NCBI GenBank assembly: GCA_963695125.1
Contig: CAVOFY010000006.1
Location: 2,978-66,977 of the forward strand
Length of the DNA stretch: 64,000 bases
From: an uncultured Actinomycetota bacterium
Lineage (GTDB): Bacteria; Actinomycetota; Actinomycetes; Actinomycetales; Microbacteriaceae
Reading direction: 5' to 3'
Positions 9,974 to 21,517 of this stretch are shown piece by piece (position 1 is the stretch's first letter; every line of letters begins with the position of its first letter). The notes beneath the pieces were generated by a model, which ran no database searches, had not been told where the DNA came from, and worked only from the letters and a program-made list of their open reading frames with translations. The position numbers and the translations under genes were made by a program.

Positions 9974-11644
9974 ATGACACCTCCGACCGCGACGCCGATG
10001 CGTACGCACACCGGGTCGATCCCCACTCAGACCCACGAACCGTCGATCGAGATCCTCGGCGCGACGCGTGACCGCTACGACGAGATCCTCACGCCCGAGG
10101 CCGTCGCGTTCCTCGACCGAGCTGCACCACCGCTTCGGCGGCCGTCGCCACGACCGGCTCGCCGACCGCATGCGCCGCCGCTTCGAGATCGGCAACGGCC
10201 ACGACCCCAAGTTCCGCGACGAGACGCGCTCACATCCGCGAGGACGCCGAGTGGCGCGTCGCCGGCGCGGGCCCGGGCCTCGAGGACCGCCGCGTCGAGA
10301 TCACCGGCCCGACCGACCCGAAGATGACGATCAACGCCCTCAACTCGGGCGCCAAGGTGTGGCTCGCCGACCAGGAGGACGCGACGAGCCCCACGTGGAA
10401 GAACGTCATCGAGGGCCAGCTGTCGCTGCGCGACGCGATCCGCGGCGAGCTGTCCTTCACGAGCCCCGAGGGCAAGGTCTACGAGGTCACCGCCGAGCAG
10501 ACGCCCGACGATCGTGATGCGCCCGCGCGGCTGGCACCTGTCCGAGAAGCACATCGCGTTCACCGACCGCTCCGGACGGACGATGGATGCCTCGGGCTCG
10601 CTGGTCGACTTCGGGCTCTACTTCTTCCACAACGCGAAGCAGCTGATCGCGAACGGCCGCGGCCCGTACTTCTACATCGCGAAGCTCGAATCGAGCGAGG
10701 AGGCGAAGCTGTGGGACGACGTCTTCACCTTCAGCGAGCAGCTACATCGGCATCCCGCACGGCACGATCCGCGCGACGGTGCTCATCGAGACGCTGCCCG
10801 CGGCGTTCGAGATGGAGGAGATCCTCTTCGAGCTGCGCGACCACATCGCGGGCCTCAACGCCGGGCGCTGGGACTACATCTTCTCGATGATCAAGAACTA
10901 CCGCGGCCGCGGTGCGCGCTTCGTGCTCCCCGACCGCAGCGAGGTCACGATGACGGTGCCGTTCATGCGGGCCTACACCGAGCTGCTCGTGCAGACGTGC
11001 CACAAGCGCGGCGCCTTCGCGATCGGCGGCATGAGCGCCTTCATCCCGAACCGCCGTGACCCCGAGGTGACGGCGCAGGCGTTCGAGAAGGTCGCCGCCG
11101 ACAAGAAGCGCGAGGCCGGCGACGGCTTCGACGGCACGTGGGTGGCCCACCCCGACCTGATCCCGGTCGCGATGGCCGAGTTCGACGCGGTGCTCGGCGA
11201 GCGGCCGAACCAGGTCGACCGTCAGCGCGACGATGTCGAGGTGACCGCCGACGAGCTGATCGACGTGCACATCGGCCGGCCGATCTCGGCGAGCGGCGTG
11301 CACGCGAACGTGTCGGTGGCGATCCGCTACCTCGAGGCGTGGCTGCGGGGCCTCGGCGCCGTCGCGATCGACAACCTCATGGAGGATGCCGCGACCGCCG
11401 AGATCTCGCCGCAGCCAGGTGTGGCAGTGGATCCACCAGGACCGCACGACCGAGGACGGCACGCCGATCACGCGCGACTACATCGAGGGCCTCATCGCCC
11501 AGGTGCTCGGCGAGGTCGAGCGCCGCGAGGGCGACCGCTTCGACGACGCGGCGGAGATCTTCCGCGAGGTCGCCCTCGCGCGACGAGTTCCCGGCGTTCC
11601 TGACGCTGCCCGCCTACGCGAAGTACCTCGTCGACACCGAGTGA
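9974..11644 (+). CDS. aceB: Malate synthase A (several frameshifts)
   Basis: [63 protein letters not shown] across consecutive frames. Confidence 0.93.
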
Positions 11645-11699
11645 TCGACTCCGGCCACCGCCGTCACTCCGACCGCACCCACAGACCAAGGAAGACGAC

Positions 11700-13301
11700 A
11701 TGACCACCTACCAGAACGACATCGAAGCCATCGAGGCCCTCAAGAAGCGAGAACGGCTCCAGCTGGGATGCCATCAACCCCGAGTCCGTCGCCCGCATGC
11801 GTGCGCAGAACCGCTTCAAGACGGGGCTCGAGATCGCCCAGTACACGGCCGACATCATGCGCCGCGACATGGCCGAGTACGACGCCGACTCCTCGCGTCT
11901 ACACGCAGTCGCTCGGCGTCTGGCACGGCTTCATCGGGCAGCAGAAGCTGATCTCGATCAAGAAGCACCTCAAGACCACGAACAAGCGCTACCTGTACCT
12001 GTCGGGCTGGATGGTCGCCGCGCTGCGGTCGGAGTTCGGTCCGCTGCCCGACCAGTCGATGCACGAGAAGACCGCGGTGCCGGCTCTCATCGAGGAGCTC
12101 TACACGTTCCTCCGCCAGGCCGACGCCCGCGAGCTCGACCTGCTCTTCACGAAGCTCGACGACGCCCGCGCGCGCCGGCGACGAGACGGCGGTGGAGTTC
12201 ATCCAGTCGCAGATCGACAACTACGAGACCCACGTGGTGCCGATCATCGCCGACATCGACGCGGGCTTCGGCAACCCCGAGGCCACCTACCTCCTGGCCA
12301 AGAAGATGATCGAGGCCGGCGCGTGCGCCATCCAGATCGAGAACCAGGTGTCGGACGAGAAGCAGTGCGGCCACCAGGACGGCAAGGTCACCGTCCCGCA
12401 CGAGGACTTCATCGCCAAGCTCAACGCCGTGCGCTACGCGTTCCTCGAGCTCGGGCATCGACAACGGCATCATCGTCGCCCGCACCGACTCGCTCGGCGC
12501 CGGCCTCACGCAGAAGCTCGCCGTCTCGAACGAGCCCGGCGACCTCGGCGACCAGTACAACGCCTTCCTCGACGTCGAGGAGATCTCGGAGGCGCGAGCT
12601 CGGCAACGGCGACGTCGTCATCAAGCGCGACGGCAAGCTGCTGCGCCCGAAGCGTCTCGCCAGCAACCTGTACCAGTTCCGCGCGGGAACCGGCGAGGAG
12701 CGCTGCGTGCTCGACTGCATCACGTCGCTGCGCAACGGCGCCGACCTGCTGTGGATCGAGACCGAGAAGCCGCACGTCGAGCAGATCGCCGGCATGGTCG
12801 ACGAGATCCGCAAGGAGATCCCGAACGCGAAGCTCGTCTACAACAACAGCCCGTCGTTCAACTGGACGCTCAACTTCCGCCAGCAGGCGTACGACCAGCT
12901 CGTGGAAGCAGGGCAAGGACGTCTCGGCCTACGACCGCGCCGACCTCATGAACGTCGAGTACGACGACACCGAGCTCGCGCAGCTGGCCGACGAGAAGAT
13001 CCGCACGTTCCAGCAGGACGGCTCGGCCCGCGCCGGCATCTTCCACCACCTGATCACGCTGCCGACCTACCACACGGCGGCGCTGTCGACCGATGACCTC
13101 GCCAAGGGCTACTTCGGCGACGAGGGCATGCTCGCCTACGTGAAGGGCGTCCAGCGCCGCGAGATCCGCGAGGGCATCGCCACCGTCAAGCACCAGAACA
13201 TGGCCGGCAGCGACATCGGCGACAACCACAAGGAGTACTTCGCCGGCGACGCGGCCCTCAAGGCCGGCGGCAAGGACAACACGATGAACCAGTTCGGCTG
13301 A
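11700..13301 (+). CDS. aceA: Isocitrate lyase, P. aeruginosa-like subfamily (several frameshifts)
   Basis: YLSGWMVAALRS, IIADIDAGFG, QIENQVSDEKQCGHQDGK, WIETEKP, YNNSPSFNW, HLITLPTYH. Confidence 0.93.
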
Positions 13302-13328
13302 GCCGTCCGCTCGCACGATGACGGACGA

Positions 13329-13364
13329 CGGATGCCTCGAGCCCACACGGGTTCGGGGCATCCG
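13329..13364 (+). terminator. Stem-loop terminator after aceA
   Basis: CGGATGCCTCGAGCCC-ACAC-GGGTTCGGGGCATCCG (G-U pairs allowed). Confidence 0.65.
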
Positions 13365-13457
13365 GCGTCTGCGCGCCGTCTTCGTCCGTTCGTCGATCCG
13401 CGCGTTCCCCGCACGACGCCCTTGACGTAACGTCGCAAGAACGGAAGGGACCTCTCG

Positions 13458-13794
13458 ATGCGATTTCTCATGCTCGTCGTCGCGGACCCCGACCTCGACT
13501 CGACCGAAGAGCCCGTGCTCTCGATCGAGGACTGGGTCACGGAGACCGCCGAGAGCGGCGTCAACCTCGACGGCGACCGCCTCGAGCCCGCCGACCGAGG
13601 CCAAGACCATCCGGCGGCGCGGCGGCGAGCTCCACGTCACGGACGGCCCGTTCGCCGAGACGCGCGAAGTGATCGCGGGCTTCGACATCCTGGAGTGCGA
13701 CGACATGGAGCACGCGATCGCGGTCGCGGCGCGGCATCCCATGGCCACGCACGGCACGATCGAGCTGCGCGCACTCTGGCCGCTCGAGCTCTGA
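13458..13794 (+). CDS. YciI/DGPF-family protein (frameshift near 13600)
   Basis: MRFLMLV...VTDGPFAETREVIAGFDILEC...GTIELR. Confidence 0.85.
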
Positions 13795-13866
13795 CGGACC
13801 GGGGCGCGGGCCGGGAGTCTTGCTGCGGACCCGTACTCTCGGCCCGCGCGCCGGTACCCTCGAAGG

Positions 13867-15070
13867 GTGACCGAACGCGCTCCTCTGTCCCGCAAGCTCA
13901 GTGCCATCGCCGAATCGGCGACCCTCAAGGTCGACGCGAAGGCGAAAGCGCTCCAGGCCGCCGGCCGGCCCGTCATCTCGTACGCGGCGGGCGAGCCTGA
14001 CTTCTCGACGCCGTCGTTCGTCGTGGATGCCGCGGCGCACGCGCTCGCGGACCCCGCGAACTTCCGCTACACGCCCGCCGTCGGACTGCCCGTCCTGCGC
14101 GAGGCGATCGCCGCCAAGACGCTGCGCGACTCCGGTCTCGAGGTCGACGCGTCGCAGATCGTCGTGACCAACGGCGGCAAGCAGGCGGTGTACCAGGCGT
14201 TCCAGGCCGTCGTGAATCCGGGCGACGAGGTGCTGCTGCCCGCTCCGTACTGGACGACCTACCCCGAGGCGATCGCCCTCGCCGACGGCATCCCCGTCGA
14301 GGTCTTCGCCGGGGCCGATCAGGACTACAAGGTCACCGTCGAGCAGCTCGAGGCGGCACGCACCGACAAGACGACCGTGCTCGTCTTCGTCTCGCCGTCG
14401 AACCCGACCGGCGCGGTCTACACGGTCGAAGAGACCAAGGCGATCGGCGAGTGGGCCGTCGAGCACGGCATCTGGATCATCTCCGACGAGATCTACCAGA
14501 ACCTCGTCTACGAAGGCACGCGGGCCATCTCGATCGTCGAGGCGGTTCCGGATGCCGCGGCCCAGACCATCCTCGTCAACGGCGTCGCGAAGACCTACGC
14601 CATGACCGGCTGGCGCGTGGGCTGGATGGTCGGGCCCAAGGACGCCATCAAGCTCGCGGCCAACCTGCAGTCGCACCTGTCGAGCAACGTCAACAACATC
14701 GCTCAGCGCGCCGCGCTCGCGGCCCTCACGGGCCCGCAGACCGAGGCCGAGCAGTTCCGCATCGCATTCGACCGTCGTCGTCGCCTGATCGTCGGCGAGC
14801 TCGCGAAGATCGACGGCGTGACCGTCCCGAACCCGCTCGGCGCGTTCTACGTCTACCCCGACGTGCGCGGCCTGCTCGGCCGCGAGTGGCGCGGGCAAGA
14901 CGCCGACGACCTCGCTCGAGCTGGCGGACCTCATCCTCGAAGAGGCCGAGGTCGCGGTCGTTCCGGGCGAGGCCTTCGGGCCGTCGGGGTACCTGCGGCT
15001 CTCGTACGCGCTCGGCGACGACGCGCTCCTCGAAGGCGTCCAGCGGCTGCAGTCGCTCTTCGCCTCCTGA
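13867..15070 (+). CDS. Class I PLP aminotransferase, aspartate aminotransferase-like (frameshift near 14895)
   Basis: [43 protein letters not shown]; TACCCT 6 nt before GTG suggests a leaderless start. Confidence 0.9.
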
Positions 15071-15183
15071 CCGAGGCGGGCGACCTGGTCGTCGGGGCTG
15101 TCCCGCGTCGCCTACGGTAGAAGCGGGACGTCGGCCGTCGTTCGTGAACGCCACGGCAGGTCCGCCCGGAAGAAGGTTCAGCC

Positions 15184-15615
15184 ATGAAGGTCGTCGAGTC
15201 CGCCGACTGGCGCAGCTCCATCCCGTTCGAGAGCCCCGTGCTCGTGGCCGACATCGTCCCGGGCGACCCGACCCGCTGCGCGACGTGCGGCACCGACTCG
15301 GCCGAGTTCGAGCGCACCGAGCTGTGGGCGTACAAGCACCGGCATCCCATCAACCACAGCGGATACGTGCGGTTCTACTGCCGGACGCACGTACCGGTCG
15401 CGGCGCGCCCGGAGCCCGAGAGCGCCCCCGTGCGAGCGGGGACCTCGCGCCGCGAGAGCACTCCGCGCGCGACGCCGCGCCGCGAGAGCACTCCCCGGGC
15501 GACTCCGCGCCTCACGTCGGCCGATGTCGACCCGTCGCGCGCGATGTGCCCGAACTGCTTCGTCGAGGCCTCGGCGACGGGCGAGTGCGGCATGTGCGGC
15601 ACACAGGTCGCCTGA
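15184..15615 (+). CDS. Small conserved double Zn-finger protein of unknown function
   Basis: CATC...FYC..H and CPNC...CGMC joined by an R/P-rich linker. Confidence 0.75.
   Translation: MKVVESADWRSSIPFESPVLVADIVPGDPTRCATCGTDSAEFERTELWAYKHRHPINHSGYVRFYCRTHVPVAARPEPESAPVRAGTSRRESTPRATPRRESTPRATPRLTSADVDPSRAMCPNCFVEASATGECGMCGTQVA
15448..15507 (+). repeat. In-frame 30-bp tandem repeat, two copies (RRESTPRATP)
   Basis: CGCCGCGAGAGCACTCCGCGCGCGACGCCG followed by CGCCGCGAGAGCACTCCCCGGGCGACTCCG. Confidence 0.85.
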
Positions 15616-15619
15616 GCGT

Positions 15620-16759
15620 CTAGAGCTCGACGCCCACCAGCACCGGCTCGGGCTGCAGGAGGAGCCCGAACTCGGCCTGCACGCGTCCCTGGATGAACCG
15701 CGCGAGCTGTGCCAGCTCGCTCGCCGAGGCTCCTCCGCGGTTGGTCAGGGCGAGTGCGTGCTTCGTCGAGAGCCCTGCTCGCGACGAGCGCGAGAGGCGG
15801 AAGCCCTTGTTCAGGCCCGCGTGCTCGATGAGCCACGCGGCGCTGACCTTGACGTCCGGCTCGGCGATCGTGCGCGCCGGGACGTACCCGTCGAACGACT
15901 CGAGCGGGATGATGACGACGGGGTCGACCTCGAGACCCATCGGCCAGCGCGGGCACTCGCGCGGCAGCGTGCGGGCGAAAGCGGCCGAGACGATGGCGTT
16001 CTGGAAGAACGACCCCGCACTGTAGGTGTCGGGATCGTCGTCGTCGAGGACCATGCCTTTGCGCGCGCGCGTAGACAGGACGTGCTCCCGGATCCACGCG
16101 ACGCTGACGCGATCATCGACGCCGAGCCCCAGCGCCGTGCGCAGCTGCTCGCCGGCGATCGCACGCTCGGCGTGGCCGACTTCCTCCAGCTCGAGCGTCA
16201 CCGACAGGACGATGGCGGGGCGCTGCGGCACGGAGCCGTAGTGGTGTTTGAGCACCGACGTGCGGAATCCGAGGCCGAGCTCGGCGGCGGGAACCGTCGT
16301 GACCTCGCCATCGAACTCGTCCACCAGCTCGACCTCGACGAGCGTCTGCACGATCTCCTGACCGTACGCCCCGATGTTCTGCACGGGTGCGGCGCCGACC
16401 GTGCCGGGGATGCCCGACATCGCCTCGATGCCGGCGAGCCCTTCCCCAACGGCGTACGCGACGAGATCGTCCCAGCCGTGTCCGGCCTGGACGCGCAGTC
16501 GGACACGGCCCGGGTTCGGCGACGGAAGGCGCTCGATCCCGCTCGTCAGCACGCGTACGACGGTGCCTTCATAGGGCTCGTCGCCGACGAAGAGGTTCGA
16601 GCCGCCGCCCAGCACGAGGACGGGCTCGCCGTCGGCCCACACGTCGCGCAGCGTCTCGACGAGCTCCTCCGGCGTGTGCGCGTCGATCATGCGCTCGGGC
16701 GTGCCGCCCGTGCGCAGCGTCGTGAGCTGCGCGAGTGGGATCGGTGTGACCTCGGGCAT
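15620..16759 (-). CDS. murB: UDP-N-acetylenolpyruvoylglucosamine reductase
   Basis: LGGGSNL, GIPGTVGAAPVQNIGAYG, SAGSFFQN, KHALALTN, LQPEP. Confidence 0.95.
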   Translation of the reverse strand: MPEVTPIPLAQLTTLRTGGTPERMIDAHTPEELVETLRDVWADGEPVLVLGGGSNLFVGDEPYEGTVVRVLTSGIERLPSPNPGRVRLRVQAGHGWDDLVAYAVGEGLAGIEAMSGIPGTVGAAPVQNIGAYGQEIVQTLVEVELVDEFDGEVTTVPAAELGLGFRTSVLKHHYGSVPQRPAIVLSVTLELEEVGHAERAIAGEQLRTALGLGVDDRVSVAWIREHVLSTRARKGMVLDDDDPDTYSAGSFFQNAIVSAAFARTLPRECPRWPMGLEVDPVVIIPLESFDGYVPARTIAEPDVKVSAAWLIEHAGLNKGFRLSRSSRAGLSTKHALALTNRGGASASELAQLARFIQGRVQAEFGLLLQPEPVLVGVEL

Positions 16760-16764
16760 GCGGA

Positions 16765-17169
16765 TCACGCTGCCCGGACGCGCACCTGCGCCTTGCCCAG
16801 GACGGTCGTTCCGTCGAAGGTCACGGTGAGATCGATCCGCAGTGCGTCGTCCTCGACAGCGCCGACCTTGGCGACGATCACGAGATCGGCGCCGGTCTCA
16901 GAGTCGACGACGACGGGCCGTGTGAACCGCACGCCGTAGTCGAGGATGCGGCCCGAGTCCCCGAGCCACCCCACGATCGTCTCGACCGCGAGGCCCATCG
17001 TGAGCATGCCGTGTGCGAGGACTCCGGGGAGCCCGACCGCTGCGGCGACGTCGTCGCGATAGTGGATGGGGTTGAAGTCGCCCGATGCGCCTGCGTACCG
17101 CACGAGCGATTCGCGCGTGAGATGGACCGTGCGCTCGGCGACGACGTCGCCGACAGCCAGGGCGGTCAC
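16765..17169 (-). CDS. MaoC-family hotdog dehydratase (HadB-like)
   Basis: YAGASGDFNPIH and AHGMLTMG. Confidence 0.9.
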   Translation of the reverse strand: MTALAVGDVVAERTVHLTRESLVRYAGASGDFNPIHYRDDVAAAVGLPGVLAHGMLTMGLAVETIVGWLGDSGRILDYGVRFTRPVVVDSETGADLVIVAKVGAVEDDALRIDLTVTFDGTTVLGKAQVRVRAA

Positions 17170-17612
17170 GCGTCGGCCCCGACGACGAGGATGGCCGTGG
17201 CCGTCACGACGTGCTCACCTGCGGCATCCGTGATGACGGCGTCGCTCGTGATCATCGCATTTGGCCCCAGAGTGCGGATGCCGCTCACGCTCAGTCGGGC
17301 GGTCAGCTCGTCGCCCGCGACGATCGGACGCGTGTAGGAGAAGCGCTGGTCGCCGTGCAGGATGCCCGACAGCTCGATCCCCGCATCCGGTTCGGCGAGC
17401 AGCTGCTGGAGTGCCATGTCCTGGATGACCATCGCGAACGTCGGCGGCGCGACCACATCGGCGTAGCCGAGGGCCCGGGCGGCGGCGGGGTCGAAGTGCT
17501 GCGGGTCCTCGGCGAAGACGGCGCGCGCGAACTCGCGCACCTTCTCACGCCCGACGAGGTAGGGGACGGTCGGCGGGAATTCGCGACCGATGAGCGCGGG
17601 GTTCACTGGCAC
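17166..17612 (-). CDS. Hotdog dehydratase partner subunit (HadA-like)
   Basis: VGREKVREFARA, APPTF, LHGDQRFSYTRPIVAGD. Confidence 0.88.
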   Translation of the reverse strand: MPVNPALIGREFPPTVPYLVGREKVREFARAVFAEDPQHFDPAAARALGYADVVAPPTFAMVIQDMALQQLLAEPDAGIELSGILHGDQRFSYTRPIVAGDELTARLSVSGIRTLGPNAMITSDAVITDAAGEHVVTATAILVVGADA

Positions 17613-17636
17613 CGTCTCATCCTACCGACGGGCGAT

Positions 17637-18431
17637 TCATCGCTTCCGGCCGCGGATCGCCCGCAGCGCCATCTGCACGCCGATCACGATGAGGAACGCC
17701 GCGAACAGCACGTTGCCGAGAACCGGATCGATCATCGTCGCGATCCACGCGCCCAGCGCCGTCGTCGTGCACGCCGCCCCGCCGACCAGCGCGGCGGCGA
17801 CGAGGTCGACATTGCGTCGCCGGATGTTGCCGACCGTGCCCGAGATCGCCGTCGGGATCATCATGAGCAGCGATGTTCCCTTCGCGACGAGATCGCTCAC
17901 GCCGAACACGAGCATCAGGACCGGAACGACGACGACTCCCCCACCGACGCCGAGGAGCCCCGCGAGCACGCCCGTCACGAGCCCGAGCGCGATGAGCCCG
18001 AGGGCCGTGACGACCGTCAGCTCGAGTCCCGCGTCCCGGGAGGGGATGACGATGAAGAGCCCTACGATGACGGCCGCGAGGAAGCCCACGAACCCCCAGC
18101 GCAGCGCCGTGACCGAGACGCGTGGCAGGAGCCACGTGCCGATCTGGGCGCCCACGACGGCCCCCACCGCGAGGATCACGGCGGGGATCCAGGCCACGGA
18201 GCCGTGCACGGCGTACGAGATGACCCCGACCGTCGCCGTCGGCACGATCGCGGCGAGCGATGTGCCCGCCGCGAGCCGCTGGTCCATGCCCAGGATGAGA
18301 ACGAGAAGCGGCACGATGACGGTTCCGCCGCCGACGCCGAAGAGGCCGGAGAGCAGGCCGGCCGCAAGGCCGACCCCGAGACACGTGACGATGAAGCGCG
18401 GGCCTCTCGCGCGCGTGGATGCATCCCCCAT
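17637..18431 (-). CDS. TauE/SafE-family membrane exporter
   Basis: Duplicated GLFGVGGG..IVP / GLLGVGGG..VVP and A.GTSL motifs. Confidence 0.9.
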   Translation of the reverse strand: MGDASTRARGPRFIVTCLGVGLAAGLLSGLFGVGGGTVIVPLLVLILGMDQRLAAGTSLAAIVPTATVGVISYAVHGSVAWIPAVILAVGAVVGAQIGTWLLPRVSVTALRWGFVGFLAAVIVGLFIVIPSRDAGLELTVVTALGLIALGLVTGVLAGLLGVGGGVVVVPVLMLVFGVSDLVAKGTSLLMMIPTAISGTVGNIRRRNVDLVAAALVGGAACTTTALGAWIATMIDPVLGNVLFAAFLIVIGVQMALRAIRGRKR

Positions 18432-18433
18432 GG

Positions 18434-19177
18434 TCAGTCGGTCGCGTCGATCGCCCAGCGCCCGCCGTCCTCGACGACGTGGTACGTCCACTCGTCTTCA
18501 TACGAGACGGGGTCCTCCACGAGCTCGCCCGAATCGTCGATGTAGCTGAGGTAGGACTCGACCGTCTCGACCTCGATGCCGCCGTCCTCGACCTCGACGG
18601 AGGTGACCCGGATCGAGTAGTCCTCGGTCGAATCAGCGAACACGCGCGCCGACTCCTCGAACGCCGCACAGTCTGACAGCCGCTGGAGGTCGCGGAAGCC
18701 CTGCGTCGTGGACTCGATGAACGCGTCGCAGTCGACCTCGCGCCATGCCGCGTCGTACTGCTCGACGGCGGCGACGGCGGCCACCTGGTCGCCGCCCTGC
18801 GGCGTCACGGGCTCGGCTCCTCCGCCCCGGGGAAGCGAGAGGAAGAGGAGCGGGATGAGGACGGCGACGGCGATGACGACGCCCAGGAGCACGACACCGA
18901 GCACGACCCACAGGATCCACAGCTTCGACGTCGCGGGCTCTGTCGCGGCGACGAAGGCGCCCGATCCGGTCGCGCCGGGATAGCCCGCGGGATGCGCTTC
19001 GGCCCCCGGACCCTCCTGCAGCTCGAACGGGATGATCTCGTCGATCGCCTCGACCTCCGCGGCACCCGGCACGGGCTCGGGATCGGGCGTGGCGACATGC
19101 TCGGTCCACTGCAGCCCGTCCCACCAGCGCAGCGCGCCCCGGCCGTCGTCGTACCATCCAGGGGGCATCGAAGTCAT
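18434..19177 (-). CDS. DUF2510 membrane protein with a C-terminal extracellular domain
   Basis: PPGWYDDGRGALRWWDGLQWTEH; one TM segment. Confidence 0.85.
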   Translation of the reverse strand: MTSMPPGWYDDGRGALRWWDGLQWTEHVATPDPEPVPGAAEVEAIDEIIPFELQEGPGAEAHPAGYPGATGSGAFVAATEPATSKLWILWVVLGVVLLGVVIAVAVLIPLLFLSLPRGGGAEPVTPQGGDQVAAVAAVEQYDAAWREVDCDAFIESTTQGFRDLQRLSDCAAFEESARVFADSTEDYSIRVTSVEVEDGGIEVETVESYLSYIDDSGELVEDPVSYEDEWTYHVVEDGGRWAIDATD

Positions 19178-19227
19178 GGCGCCACACTACCCGCGCCGGC
19201 CACCCGTCCCGTCCCGTCGACGGGCGC

Positions 19228-20229
19228 TCAGCGGGAGCTGAAGGCCGCGTCGAAGGCCGCGTCGGGCGCCTCGAAGGCGTTGCGCTTGACGAACTCGAGG
19301 GCCTCCGGCGCGCCGAGCAGGCGATCCATCCCGGCGTCCTCCCACTCGACCGAGATGGGTCCGTCGTACCCGATGCTGTTGAGCGCACGGAACGCCGCCT
19401 CCCACGGCACATCCCCTCTCCCCGTCGAGACGAAGTCCCACCCGCGGTGCAGATCCGCCCACGCGAGGTGCGACCCGAGCCGGCCATTGCGACCATTGCC
19501 GAGGTTGAGCTTCACGTCCTTGCAATCCACGTGGTAGATCAGGTCCTTGAACTCGAGGATGAAGTCCACGGGGTTCAGCTGCTGCCAGATGAAGTGCGAC
19601 GGATCCCAGTTCAGCCCGAACGCCGGGCGGTGCCCGATCGCCTCGAGCGTGCGGACGGTCGTCCAGTAGTCGTATGCGATCTCGCTCGGGTGCACCTCGT
19701 GGGCGAAGCGCACGCCGACCTCGTCGAACACGTCGAGGATCGGATTCCACCGGTCGGCGAAGTCCTGGTAGCCGGCATCCACCATCGCCTGGGAGACCGG
19801 CGGGAACATCGCGACGTACTTCCAGATCGACGAGCCGGTGAACCCGACCACGGTCTCGACACCGAGCTTGGCGGCGAGGCGCGCCGTGTTCTTCATCTCC
19901 TCGGCAGCGCGCTGACGCACCCCCTCGGGGTCGCCGTCGCCCCACACGACATCGGGCAGGATGTCGCGATGGCGCTGGTCGATCGGATCGTCGCAGACGG
20001 CCTGGCCCTTGAGGTGGTTCGAGATCGCCCACACCTTCAGTCCGTGCTTCTCGAGCAGGTCGAGCTTGCCCTCCGCGTATCCCGGCTCGTCCCACCGCCA
20101 GGGATCGAGGTGATCGCCCCAGCAGGCGAGCTCGAGGCCGTCGTAGCCCCACTCCGAGGCGAGTCGGGCGACTTCCTCGAGGGGCAGGTCGGCCCACTGG
20201 CCGGTGAAGAGGGTGATGGGTCGCGTCAT
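19228..20229 (-). CDS. Sugar-phosphate isomerase/epimerase-family TIM barrel
   Basis: [36 protein letters not shown] metal ligands. Confidence 0.88.
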   Translation of the reverse strand: MTRPITLFTGQWADLPLEEVARLASEWGYDGLELACWGDHLDPWRWDEPGYAEGKLDLLEKHGLKVWAISNHLKGQAVCDDPIDQRHRDILPDVVWGDGDPEGVRQRAAEEMKNTARLAAKLGVETVVGFTGSSIWKYVAMFPPVSQAMVDAGYQDFADRWNPILDVFDEVGVRFAHEVHPSEIAYDYWTTVRTLEAIGHRPAFGLNWDPSHFIWQQLNPVDFILEFKDLIYHVDCKDVKLNLGNGRNGRLGSHLAWADLHRGWDFVSTGRGDVPWEAAFRALNSIGYDGPISVEWEDAGMDRLLGAPEALEFVKRNAFEAPDAAFDAAFSSR

Positions 20230-20264
20230 TGCGGTTCCTTCCGTGGGGGGTGAGGATGCTTCGC

Positions 20265-21449
20265 TCAGTCGCCGGTCGGCGTCCAGGCGCTTCCCGTTCT
20301 CGACGAACGCGCGACGGCGTCCAGCACCCGTTGGACGTGAAGGCCGTCGGCGAACGACGGTCGCGGCTGCGTTCCGTCGGCGATCGCCGTCACGAAGTCG
20401 TAGACCTGGTTGGAGAATCCGTGCTCGTAGCCGAGCATGTGGCCGGTCGGCCACCATGGGGCGAGGTAGGGGTGGTCGTGCTCGGTCACGAGGATCCGCC
20501 GGAACCCGAGCTCGGTCTCGGGCAGCGTCGCGTCGTAGAACTCGAGCTCGTTGAGCCGTTCGAGATCGAACGCGATCGCGCCGAGACTGCCCGAGATCTC
20601 GATGCGCAGCGCGTTCTTGCGGCCTGTGCGGAAGCGCGTCGCCTCGAACGAGGCCAGCGCACCCGAGCTGAGTCGACCCGTGAACAGCGCCAGATCATCG
20701 ACCGTGACGGGACCACGCTCGGTCGAACCCGTGCCCGACAGACCCTGGCCTTCGCCGAGGAGCGGCCGCTCGGCGACGATCGTCTCGAGGATGCCCGAGA
20801 CGGTCTCGACATGCTGCCCGGTGATGTACTCGACCAGATCTATCGCGTGTGCGCCGATATCGCCGAGCGCCCCCGAACCCGCGCGATCCTTCTGCATGCG
20901 CCACGTGAGCGGCGCCTCGGGGTCCATGAGCCAGTCCTGCAGGTACTCGGCGCGGACCTGGCGGACCTGGCCGATCCGTCCTGCCGCGACGAGATCGCGC
21001 GCGAAGGTCGTCGCGGGCACGCGCCGATACGTGAAGCCGACCATCGAGCGCGCGCCCAGCTCGGCCGCCCTCTCAGCGGCGGCGCTCATCTCCTCGGCTT
21101 CGGCGACCGTGTTCGCCAGGGGCTTCTCGCACAGGACGTGCTTGCCCGCTGCGAGCGCTGCGAGCGCGATCTCGGCGTGCGTGTCTCCGGGGGTGACGAT
21201 GTCGACGATGTCGATGTCGTCACGCGCGATGACCTCCCGCCAGTCCGTCGCGCTCTCGCGCCATCCCCACTTCTCGGCGGACGCGGCGGTCTTCTCGGCG
21301 TCGCGGCCGACCACGACGGTCATCTCTATCCCCAGCGGCAGGTCGAAGAACCGTGGGGCGACCCGCCATCCCTGCGAATGGGCGGCTCCCATGAAGCCGT
21401 GGCCGATCATGGCGACCCTCAGCGGGCCGGCGGTGCGCGTCTCAGTCAA
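20265..21449 (-). CDS. Gfo/Idh/MocA-family sugar dehydrogenase
   Basis: [31 protein letters not shown]. Confidence 0.92.
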   Translation of the reverse strand: MTETRTAGPLRVAMIGHGFMGAAHSQGWRVAPRFFDLPLGIEMTVVVGRDAEKTAASAEKWGWRESATDWREVIARDDIDIVDIVTPGDTHAEIALAALAAGKHVLCEKPLANTVAEAEEMSAAAERAAELGARSMVGFTYRRVPATTFARDLVAAGRIGQVRQVRAEYLQDWLMDPEAPLTWRMQKDRAGSGALGDIGAHAIDLVEYITGQHVETVSGILETIVAERPLLGEGQGLSGTGSTERGPVTVDDLALFTGRLSSGALASFEATRFRTGRKNALRIEISGSLGAIAFDLERLNELEFYDATLPETELGFRRILVTEHDHPYLAPWWPTGHMLGYEHGFSNQVYDFVTAIADGTQPRPSFADGLHVQRVLDAVARSSRTGSAWTPTGD

Positions 21450-21472
21450 CGCAGTGTCCTCTCGAGCTTGGC

Positions 21473-21505
21473 GCGGGGCGCCCGCCGGATCGACGGGCGC
21501 CCCGC
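21473..21505 (-). terminator. Hairpin downstream of the sugar-binding protein gene
   Basis: GCGGGGCGCCCG-N9-CGGGCGCCCCGC perfect 12-bp stem. Confidence 0.6.
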
Positions 21506-21517
21506 ACAGCAGTGGAT

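Noticed and set aside
13795-13866. tRNA-Trp/secE, often found upstream of this aminotransferase in Actinobacteria
   Set aside because: No cloverleaf or T-loop pattern in this 72-bp gap.
90-15070. Mass pseudogenisation or programmed frameshifting in the permease, puo, gabT, PucR, aceB, aceA, yciI and aminotransferase genes
   Set aside because: The breaks are single-base indels in otherwise well-conserved genes with no in-frame stops or slippery motifs, and they cluster by region. Uncorrected long-read error fits best; polishing would confirm.
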